Below, piece by piece: positions 8,075 through 15,397 of a stretch of DNA of 15,397 bases. The notes under the pieces were generated by a model, which was given only the letters and a program-made list of their open reading frames with translations, ran no database searches and was not told the DNA's origin. The DNA comes from Candidatus Sumerlaeia bacterium (GTDB lineage: Bacteria > Sumerlaeota > Sumerlaeia > SLMS01). The stretch lies in NCBI GenBank assembly GCA_038208905.1, contig JBBQYG010000092.1, positions 1-15,397 of the forward strand, read 5' to 3'. The translations under genes and the position numbers were made by a program. Position 1 is the first letter of the stretch, and the number at the start of each line of letters is the position of its first letter.

Positions 8075-9078
8075 CCAAGCGGCTTCGCATCGGTTTCCTT
8101 GGGACTGGCCAGTGGGCCAACTATGTCGCGCGCGCCATTGGCGGAGTCGCTGACTTCGAGATGGCAGCCTGCTATTCAGTGGACGAAGCCGAGCGTGCAA
8201 GCTTCGCGGCTGCTACGGGATGTGCCATCTGTCGGTCGGAGGAGGAGTTGCTTCGCGACTCCTCGCTCGACGCCGTGTGCATCCTGACACCCAACGATCT
8301 CCACCACGATCAGGCGCTTCGCTCGATGGCGCAGGGCCTGAACGTCTTCGTGGAAAAGCCGATCGCATCGACCAGCGGCGAGGCCGCCTCCATGATCGCC
8401 GCCGCGAGTAAGGCGAATGTTCGACTATTCGTGGGACACAACACGCGGCGCGGGGCGCGATTCCGTCGGATGAAGGAGATGATCGACGCGGGAGAGATCG
8501 GGAAACCGATCATCTCGCATGTTTCCTTCACTTCCTCGGCGGGGCTCGGGCAGCAGCTCGGGTCGTGGCGCTATGATCCGAAGCGCACGCGCGCGGTGGC
8601 ACTTGCCCAGATAGGAATCCACGCAATCGATCTGCTGAACTACTTTTTCGGAGAACCTGAGGCAGTCAGCGCGGATATACGTTCCAGCGGGGCGGCGGGC
8701 CAGATCGAGGACCTCTGCATGGCGCGGATTCGCTTCGCCAGCGGCGTGATCGCAACATTCGACAATGCCTACAGCGTAACGCGCAATCGCAGCCTCTCGA
8801 TCATGGGGACGGCGGGGGCGCTGTTCACGCCGCACGAAAGGCTGCTGATCCATCGCGATGCGAAGGGCGTGGATCGCCAGATCGAGACCCCTGACAACGA
8901 CACCGTCGGCGAAGAATTCGAGGAGTTCGCCGCCGCCATTCGCGGCAATCGCGAGCTCGAGACGACGGGCGAGGTTGGCGCGCTCGCGATGGCGGTGATG
9001 GAGGCGATGATTTGCTCGAGCGAATCGCGGATCGAAGTTGGCGTGAACAGAATCAGCGCGGGAAACGCGGTCGAATGA
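8071..9078 (+). CDS. Gfo/Idh/MocA family NAD(P)-dependent oxidoreductase
   Basis: Rossmann IGFLGTGQWA, DAVCILTPNDLH, VFVEKP, VGHNTRR, GEIG and IGIHAID. ATGA overlap with the upstream gene. Confidence 0.93.
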   Translation: MTKRLRIGFLGTGQWANYVARAIGGVADFEMAACYSVDEAERASFAAATGCAICRSEEELLRDSSLDAVCILTPNDLHHDQALRSMAQGLNVFVEKPIASTSGEAASMIAAASKANVRLFVGHNTRRGARFRRMKEMIDAGEIGKPIISHVSFTSSAGLGQQLGSWRYDPKRTRAVALAQIGIHAIDLLNYFFGEPEAVSADIRSSGAAGQIEDLCMARIRFASGVIATFDNAYSVTRNRSLSIMGTAGALFTPHERLLIHRDAKGVDRQIETPDNDTVGEEFEEFAAAIRGNRELETTGEVGALAMAVMEAMICSSESRIEVGVNRISAGNAVE

Positions 9079-10424
9079 GGCGGCGCCTACTCGCCGCGGG
9101 AGTCCTCTCGCTTGCCCTTGCCGGGCCGGCGGCGGCGGTCAGCGCTGTCGATCATGAATCCATACAGGCGGCACTCGATGCGAATCCCGGCGAGCTCGTC
9201 TACGTCCCGCCCGGGAGGTACGAGATCGACAGGACGCTCTTCGTTCGGACAGCCAACTCGGGGCTCTATGGTTCCGGCACAATCGTCCAGACGAACAGGG
9301 ACGAGTCCATCGTCCGAATTGAGGGCGACGGGGCCCGCGTTTCGGGCGTGACGCTGACTCGTAGCGAGTCGGGCCTCGGCGGCACGCAGGAGGGCATCGT
9401 CGCGGTCAGCTCGCGCAACGTGGTGATCGATGGGATTCGCGTCCTGAACAACCGCAGCAAGGGTGGCGCGATCACACTTCGCAACAGCAACGCCGGCACC
9501 ATTCGCAACTGCGTGGTGGAGAACTACAAGTGCGTGACCATCGAGAACCGCATGGCCGACCCGAACTCGGGCTACTCGTTCCGCTGCCTCGACGGCACGG
9601 GGATTGTGGCAGCGGGATCGAGCAGTTCCATGATCACCGGCAATCGGGTGGTCGAGCACGAGTTCCTTCCGACGCGCGAGATCCGGGACAGGTACAAGCT
9701 CGGCGATCTGACAGAGAAGCAGGAGAAGCCGGGACTGCTCGTCGATCAGGAGATTTGGGGACTCAACTATACGCGCAACTGGCACCAGGGGTCGGGGATT
9801 ATCGTCTCGGCGCTGGGGCGATCAAACTGCACCATCCTGACCGACAACGTCGTGGAGAACCCGGCGCAGGGATTCGACCTGCACACCGACAACGCGATCG
9901 TGGCGAGCAACATCGTCCATCACGCGCTGATGGGCATAAAGGCGATCCACGGATCGACGCACACGCTGATCGAGGGGAACCAGTTCATCGCCGTGGACAT
10001 ATACGGCGTCCTGCTGGGGCCGGGAAATGTATCCTACGCGGCGCGGAAGCCCGCCGATTTCCCCGATGCCTACACCGCGAACGTGGACGGCGGCACAGTC
10101 GTCGCCAACAACATCGTCTCGGAATTTGGCTTTGGCGGTCAGGAGTGGAATTGGCCCTGGGATGGAGCAGCGTTCAACGTGGCGAGCGGACCATTCCCAG
10201 AGAATTCGCCCGTTCGTGATGTGTTGATCCGGCAGAACATCGCCTATGACGCGGGACGCGATGGGATCATCGTGGACGTCGAGCCAAAGGTGGTGGAGCC
10301 CCACTTCTCCTACGCATTTTACCAGGAACTGGAACGCGAGCCACTCCCGACGAACATCCAGGTATTGGACAACCTGTTTCACCCGGGCTTGAAGGGCATT
10401 GCGAATACCGACAGCGTCAAGTAG
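9075..10424 (+). CDS. Secreted right-handed parallel beta-helix protein, paralog 1 (449 aa)
   Basis: Signal peptide MRRRLLAAGVLSLALAGPAAA. N-cap SIQAALDA...YVPPGRYEI. Repeated I-x-x-N-x-[VI] rungs. ATG 9075 overlaps the oxidoreductase TGA. Confidence 0.88.
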   Translation: MRRRLLAAGVLSLALAGPAAAVSAVDHESIQAALDANPGELVYVPPGRYEIDRTLFVRTANSGLYGSGTIVQTNRDESIVRIEGDGARVSGVTLTRSESGLGGTQEGIVAVSSRNVVIDGIRVLNNRSKGGAITLRNSNAGTIRNCVVENYKCVTIENRMADPNSGYSFRCLDGTGIVAAGSSSSMITGNRVVEHEFLPTREIRDRYKLGDLTEKQEKPGLLVDQEIWGLNYTRNWHQGSGIIVSALGRSNCTILTDNVVENPAQGFDLHTDNAIVASNIVHHALMGIKAIHGSTHTLIEGNQFIAVDIYGVLLGPGNVSYAARKPADFPDAYTANVDGGTVVANNIVSEFGFGGQEWNWPWDGAAFNVASGPFPENSPVRDVLIRQNIAYDAGRDGIIVDVEPKVVEPHFSYAFYQELEREPLPTNIQVLDNLFHPGLKGIANTDSVK

Positions 10425-10452
10425 GCCAAAATCCCATCGAGGAGTAGTTGCC

Positions 10453-11841
10453 ATGCGAGTGACCAAGTTTGCCGTTGCAGGATTCCTGATCGCGGCGGGA
10501 ACTGCGCTCGCGGCGAAGGCCGGCCAGATCAGCTCCGCCGACTACGCCTCGATTCAGGCCGCCATCGACGCCAACCCCGGCGAGATGATCTTTGTTGCTA
10601 ACGGTAGGCACGAGATCGACAAGTCGTTGATGATCACGACGGCGAATGCCGGCCTCTATGGCCCCGGCACTATCGTCCAGAAGAACGTGAACGAATGCCT
10701 ATTGAGAATCATGCAGACCGAGGGCGTTCGGATTGAGGGCCTGACCTTCACCCGGCCCGAAGGGGCCACTGATACCACGCAGGAGGGTGTGTTCATCCGC
10801 GAATCCAGCAACGTCACCCTCGATGGAATCCGCATTATCGACAATCGCGGACCCGGCGGATCGATCTCCGCCTACAAGTGCGCGAACCTCACGATCCGCG
10901 ACAGCTTCATCGAGAACTACAAGTCGCTCTTCATCGACGACCGCATGAAGCCGGAGGACCTCTATGGGTACGCGTTCCAGTCGATCGACGGCACGGGGAT
11001 CAAGGCGTTTCACAACACGGGCATCGTGATCCGCGGCAACCGCGTGGTCGAATCCCACTTCATCCCCAGCAAGGAGAACGTGGAGAAGCTGGGGCTGGGG
11101 AAGATCACCAAGGTTGCGGAAAAGCTGGGCCGCCTGGCGCCCGTTCAGGATATCAAGGCTGGCTATACCTCCAACTGGCACCAGGGTTCGGCGATCATCG
11201 TCGGCGGGCTCGGCCACTCGAACTTCACCATCATCGCCGAGAACTACATCGAGAACGCCGCCCAGGGAATCGACATCCACGCCGACAACGTGACCATCAG
11301 CAACAATATCGTCAACGGCGGCATCATGGGGATGAAGGCGATGCATGGTTCCCGCAACGTATTGATCGAGGGGAACCAGTTCCTGAACGTGGACCTGTGG
11401 GGGATCATGCTGATGCCGGGGGCGGGTTCGCATCCCGCGCGTTCGCAGAAGGAGAATCCCGAGAAGTTCGAGGCCAACAACGATGGCGGCACGATCATCG
11501 CCAACAACATTATCAGCAACTTTGGCTATGGACCCCAGCGCTGGAACTGGGGCGGCAAGGATGGCGGCACCACGACACAATCGCCCATCGCGCTGATGGG
11601 CGGCCAGCTCGCGGAAAATCCCCCACTCAAGGACGTGCTCATCATGGGCAATATCGTCTATGACACGGGCCGCGATGGAGTGATCGAGAACGGAGAGCCC
11701 ACGGTGGAGGGTCCGCGATATCAGTATGCCCTGTATGTGGAGCAGACAAAGGAGCCCAAGCCCCAGAACGTGATCGTGCGTGGGAACATCTTCAACGCAG
11801 GTAGCAAGGGTGTGGCGAATTTCGAGCTTCCCGCCCAGTAG
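10453..11841 (+). CDS. Secreted right-handed parallel beta-helix protein, paralog 2 (462 aa)
   Basis: SD GAGGAG at 10439-10444. Signal peptide MRVTKFAVAGFLIAAGTALA. SIQAAIDANPG cap and Asn-ladder rungs. Collinear with paralogs 1 and 3. Confidence 0.9.
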   Translation: MRVTKFAVAGFLIAAGTALAAKAGQISSADYASIQAAIDANPGEMIFVANGRHEIDKSLMITTANAGLYGPGTIVQKNVNECLLRIMQTEGVRIEGLTFTRPEGATDTTQEGVFIRESSNVTLDGIRIIDNRGPGGSISAYKCANLTIRDSFIENYKSLFIDDRMKPEDLYGYAFQSIDGTGIKAFHNTGIVIRGNRVVESHFIPSKENVEKLGLGKITKVAEKLGRLAPVQDIKAGYTSNWHQGSAIIVGGLGHSNFTIIAENYIENAAQGIDIHADNVTISNNIVNGGIMGMKAMHGSRNVLIEGNQFLNVDLWGIMLMPGAGSHPARSQKENPEKFEANNDGGTIIANNIISNFGYGPQRWNWGGKDGGTTTQSPIALMGGQLAENPPLKDVLIMGNIVYDTGRDGVIENGEPTVEGPRYQYALYVEQTKEPKPQNVIVRGNIFNAGSKGVANFELPAQ

Positions 11842-11869
11842 CTGGGTGGATACATACGAGGAGGAAGCG

Positions 11870-13255
11870 ATGAGAAAGACATTGATTGCGATCGCGGGCA
11901 TCATGCTCTCGGCAGGAACGGCCTTTGCCGCCAAGGGCATGATCAGCAGCGCGGACTACGATTCCATTCAGGCCGCCATCGACGCGAACCCGGGCGAGAT
12001 GGTTTTCGTTCCCAATGGCCGCCACGAGATCGAGAAGTCGCTCATGATCACGACCAAGAACTCCGGCCTCTACGGCCCCGGCACCATCGTTCAGAAGAAC
12101 ACGGAGGAGTGTCTTCTACGGATCACCGACACCGACGGCGTTCGCATCGAGGGGCTGACCTTCACCCGGCCCGAAGGTGCCACCGACACCACGCAGGCAG
12201 GCATCTTCATCGGCGACGCCAGCAACATCACAGTCGATGGCGTCCGCGTGATCGACAATCGTGGGCCTGGCGGATCGATCGATTGCCACCTGACCGAGAG
12301 TGTCACTATTCGCGACTGCTACATCGAGAACTACAAGTCGCTCTTTGTCGACGACCGGATGGAGCCGGCAGACCTCTACGGATATGCCTTTCAGTCGATC
12401 GATGGCACGGGAATCAAGGCACTCAACAACAATGGGATCATGATCCGCGGAAATCGGGTAGTGGAGAAACACTTCATCCCGACAAAAGAGAACGTGGAAA
12501 GGCTTGGACTCGGCAAGATCACCAAGGTGGGGGAGAAGCTGGGCCGACTCGCGCCGCTCGAAGACATCAAGGCTGGATATACGTCGAACTGGCACCAAGG
12601 GTCGGCCATCGTGGTTGCTGGATTGGGGCACGCGCGCCTCGCTATTGTCGCGGATAACCATGTGGAGAACGCGGCCCAGGGCATCGACGTTCACGCAGAC
12701 AATGTGATACTGAGTAATAACATCGTCGATGGCGCCATTCTGGGTATGAAGGCGATGCACGGCTCGCGCCATGTACTGATCGAGGGAAACCAGTTCATCA
12801 ATGTGGATATGTGGGGGATCATGCTGATGCCGGGGGCGGGTTCGCATCCAGCGCGGTCACAAAAAGACAATCCGGAGAAGTTCGAGGCTAACACCGACGG
12901 CGGCACCATCATCGCCAACAACATCATCAGCAACTTTGGCTATGGCGCGCAGCGGTGGAACAGCAAGGGCGGGATGGAGGGTCTTCCCCACCATTGCCCG
13001 ATCACGATCCGCGGCGGCCAACTTCCCGAAAACCCGTCGCTCAAGGACGTGCTCATTACTGGCAACATCGTGTACGATTCCGGTCGCGATGGCGTGATCG
13101 AGAATGGCGAGGCGAAGGTTGCGGCACCGCGGTATCATCACGCCCTGTATATCGAGCAGACAAGGGAGCCACTCCCCCAGAACGAGATCGTCCGCGGGAA
13201 CATCTTCAACACGGGCAACAAGGGCGTCGCGAACTTCGATCTGCCGCCGCAGTAG
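11870..13255 (+). CDS. Secreted right-handed parallel beta-helix protein, paralog 3 (461 aa)
   Basis: SD GAGGAGG upstream. Signal peptide MRKTLIAIAGIMLSAGTAFA. Aligns almost without gaps to paralog 2. Confidence 0.9.
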   Translation: MRKTLIAIAGIMLSAGTAFAAKGMISSADYDSIQAAIDANPGEMVFVPNGRHEIEKSLMITTKNSGLYGPGTIVQKNTEECLLRITDTDGVRIEGLTFTRPEGATDTTQAGIFIGDASNITVDGVRVIDNRGPGGSIDCHLTESVTIRDCYIENYKSLFVDDRMEPADLYGYAFQSIDGTGIKALNNNGIMIRGNRVVEKHFIPTKENVERLGLGKITKVGEKLGRLAPLEDIKAGYTSNWHQGSAIVVAGLGHARLAIVADNHVENAAQGIDVHADNVILSNNIVDGAILGMKAMHGSRHVLIEGNQFINVDMWGIMLMPGAGSHPARSQKDNPEKFEANTDGGTIIANNIISNFGYGAQRWNSKGGMEGLPHHCPITIRGGQLPENPSLKDVLITGNIVYDSGRDGVIENGEAKVAAPRYHHALYIEQTREPLPQNEIVRGNIFNTGNKGVANFDLPPQ

Positions 13256-13269
13256 CTCCACGACAGCAA

Positions 13270-14739
13270 TCAGGGGGGTGTCCCGATGTAGTTGTTCATG
13301 TAGGTCGGGCTATCGACGGCGGGGTGGATGAACTTGGCTCGCCGGGCATAGTCGCCATTGATGTCGGCGTAGATCGCCTTCATTTCCTCGAGCATCGAAT
13401 CGGCGATATCGGAGTGCTTTGTGGCGAGGTTCCATTTCTCCGCCGCGTCCATGTCGAGGTTGTAGAGCTCGACGCGCTTCCAGCCAAGATCGCACATCAA
13501 CTTCCACGGACCGCGGCGCATGGCGAGCTGGGGGCTTGCGAATTCGGGGCCCTCGGGGAGGAGCGAGCGCGCCATTTCGTACTGCCAGTAGAGTGCGTGG
13601 GGTCGCGTGATCGGCTCGCCCTCCAGCGCGGGGCGGAAATCCGCCCCATCGTAGGGAATTCCACCGGGCACCTCCGCACCAGCGGCGGCGCAGAGCGTCG
13701 GCATCACATCGAGGAGCGAGACGGCCTGATGCACGACCAACCCGGCGGGTGCTACGCCGGGCCAGCGAACGATCCCGGGCACACGGATCCCGGCCTCGTA
13801 GATATTATGCTTTCCTCCGCGGAACGGTCCCGAGTTGCCGCGCGAATTCTCCATCCATGGAATCGTGTGCGGATCACAGCCATTGTCACTGGAGTAGATG
13901 ACGATGGTATTGTCGGCGAGACCCTTCTCGTCGAGGTAGTCGAGGAGTCGAGAGTACTGATCCTCCTGCTGTGTGATGGTGCCGAGGTAGATCTGCTCCT
14001 GCTTCGTGCGGTCGGGATAGCGAGCCATATACTCTTCGGAGCACTGGGCCTCCCCGTGTGGGGAGAAGCTCCACAGGTTGATAAAGAAAGGCTCTCCGTC
14101 GCCGGCCTCGATGAACTTGATCGCTTCGTCCACATAGACCTCCGCGGTCCATCGCCCCTCGGTCCTGGTTTGGCCAGTCGCGAGATGCCAACCCGAGCTG
14201 AAGTAGGAAGTCGTCCTGCCGGCGCCGAGAATCATCCAATGGTCGAAGCCGTAGTCTGTGGGAGTAGCGACTCCGAGATGGCTGCGCTCGACCAGGCTGA
14301 CGTGCCACTTGCCGATGTGGGCCGTACGGTAGCCAACACCTTTGAGTAGGCGGGCAAGCGATGGCTCCTCCAGCGGAATTTGATGGAAAGGCGGAATGCT
14401 TGTCTTATCGCCCTCGTTGAGGATATGCTTCATCCCGAAACGGTTGGGATCGCGACCCGTTAGCAACGCGGCCCGGGATGGCGAGCAGACGGGAAATGCC
14501 GCCGTCATATCGGTGAAGCGCACGCCCTCCCGCGCGAGTCGATCCGCGGCGGGAGTCTGGATGACAGGGTGCCCGGCGCATGCAATATCCATCCATCCTT
14601 GGTCGTCGTTCAGCAGAATCACGACGTTGGGGCGTGTCTTCTCGGCGGCGCTAGACTTCGATATGCTGATGAAGCCCGCTACCAACGCCGCCGCGAGCAG
14701 TCCGATCGAATGTTGAGTCTTGGCGTGCAGCAATTGCAT
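13270..14739 (-). CDS. Secreted formylglycine-dependent (S1, Cys-type) sulfatase
   Basis: RPNVVILLNDDQG; CSPSR (14473-14487) followed by AALLTG; GYRTAHIGKWH; SPH; YSSDNG; GGKHNIYEAGIRVP; ELYNL. Signal-like N-terminus. ATG 14739 chosen for an upstream AAGGGG; 14760 is an alternative. Confidence 0.94.
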   Translation of the reverse strand: MQLLHAKTQHSIGLLAAALVAGFISISKSSAAEKTRPNVVILLNDDQGWMDIACAGHPVIQTPAADRLAREGVRFTDMTAAFPVCSPSRAALLTGRDPNRFGMKHILNEGDKTSIPPFHQIPLEEPSLARLLKGVGYRTAHIGKWHVSLVERSHLGVATPTDYGFDHWMILGAGRTTSYFSSGWHLATGQTRTEGRWTAEVYVDEAIKFIEAGDGEPFFINLWSFSPHGEAQCSEEYMARYPDRTKQEQIYLGTITQQEDQYSRLLDYLDEKGLADNTIVIYSSDNGCDPHTIPWMENSRGNSGPFRGGKHNIYEAGIRVPGIVRWPGVAPAGLVVHQAVSLLDVMPTLCAAAGAEVPGGIPYDGADFRPALEGEPITRPHALYWQYEMARSLLPEGPEFASPQLAMRRGPWKLMCDLGWKRVELYNLDMDAAEKWNLATKHSDIADSMLEEMKAIYADINGDYARRAKFIHPAVDSPTYMNNYIGTPP

Positions 14740-14791
14740 GTGTGAAGCGCCCCTTAGCATGACGGTCGGCGAGTCTGTGTGGCAAACGGTG

Positions 14792-15397
14792 CTACTCGAT
14801 CGTCATGGCCGTTGTGAAGATATTGTCGGACACTAGATTGTCGGTGCCGTTATTTCGCACGCCAGCCTGCGTGGTCTTCACCGTCTGGGTATCCGCGATG
14901 ACATTGTCGGTAACAACGTTGAATCGGCAGGTGGCATCGTGGAGCTCGATGCCGTAGGGCGCGCTGAAGTTGACGCGACCGGGACCGGGCACGCCGAAGG
15001 ATCCGGGGGAGCCGATGTCGCGGATCACGTTGCCGTTGATGGTGTTTCCAGAGGCCTCGGCATTCTGAGCCCGATGGGTCACGAGGCCGATCCCCTGATA
15101 GCAGTCAGAGATGAAGTTCTCGCTGACGGTGGTGAAGGACACGCCGAGCATCTTGACGCCTTGGAACCAGATATCTGATATGACGTTATTGCTCACGGTG
15201 CAGTTTTTGGAGAGGAGCATATCGACCCCTTCCCCCGACGTGGTCAGCAGGTTGCCACTCACGACGATGTGATCACTCTGCATGATCGTCATGTTGTCAG
15301 ACTGGTAGCCTTGGGGCCCGTACGTGGGAACAATAGGTGAAACGCTGACGAGACCGGTGGTCCCCACCTGAATATTGATGACCCGGTTGTTAGAGAC
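14792..15397 (-). CDS. Right-handed beta-helix (NosD/pectin-lyase-like fold) protein, C-terminal fragment, truncated at the right edge
   Basis: Frame is open to the edge (VSNNRVINIQVGT...). Regular rungs VVSGNLL, TVSNNVI, TVSENFI, TINGNVI, VVTDNVI, LVSDNIF. Ends 52 bp upstream of the sulfatase start on the same strand. Confidence 0.85.
   Translation of the reverse strand, partial: VSNNRVINIQVGTTGLVSVSPIVPTYGPQGYQSDNMTIMQSDHIVVSGNLLTTSGEGVDMLLSKNCTVSNNVISDIWFQGVKMLGVSFTTVSENFISDCYQGIGLVTHRAQNAEASGNTINGNVIRDIGSPGSFGVPGPGRVNFSAPYGIELHDATCRFNVVTDNVIADTQTVKTTQAGVRNNGTDNLVSDNIFTTAMTIE

Larger units (their letters stand above)
10453..13255 (+). repeat. Tandem gene duplication (paralogs 2 and 3, period about 1.41 kb)
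   Basis: Collinear DNA similarity throughout, e.g. a 40-bp identical tract at 11396-11435 and 12810-12849. Confidence 0.9.

Noticed and set aside
9012-11869. Longer upstream starts for the three beta-helix ORFs (9012, 10399, 11780)
   Set aside because: They overlap the preceding genes. Starts at 9075, 10453 and 11870 have SD or ATGA coupling and put the signal peptides at the N-terminus.
10699-11940. 413-aa minus-strand ORF, and similar ORFs at 12116-12847 and 9822-10466
   Set aside because: Antisense to the beta-helix genes. Their mutual similarity only mirrors the sense-strand duplication.
10453-13255. Duplicated DNA as a DGR template/variable repeat pair, CRISPR array or assembly artefact
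   Set aside because: No reverse transcriptase or cas genes and no spacer structure. Differences are spread over both intact genes, include many synonymous changes and are not adenine-specific.
9075-13255. Beta-helix proteins as phage tailspikes or autotransporter passengers
   Set aside because: They have Sec signal peptides, no phage genes nearby and no C-terminal beta-barrel, and they sit in a metabolic operon.
12955-14349. 464-aa plus-strand ORF
   Set aside because: Overlaps paralog 3 out of frame and the sulfatase in antisense, with no motifs.

Overview
GC-rich bacterial window, almost fully coding, that reads as a carbohydrate-utilisation locus. Plus strand: 3' end of a GH78 alpha-L-rhamnosidase, rhaM coupled to a LacI regulator, a 915-aa secreted PKD/putative glycosidase, then an operon of amidohydrolase-2, xylose-isomerase-like TIM barrel, Gfo/Idh/MocA oxidoreductase and three tandem paralogous secreted right-handed beta-helix proteins. 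Minus strand: a single-barrel MetE-like Zn enzyme divergent from rhaM, a secreted S1 sulfatase, and the C-terminus of a fourth, more distant beta-helix protein. Most interesting: (i) the beta-helix paralog array, with a conserved QG[FI]DxH...GxK motif recalling AlgE/AlgG epimerase and PL9 lyase active sites; (ii) a CG-centred 18-bp LacI-type palindrome in all three large intergenic gaps, which would tie the MetE-like gene into a sugar regulon; (iii) an unassignable large secreted glycosidase-like protein. No RNA genes, CRISPR or mobile elements were seen. All calls are from motif reading; no searches were run.
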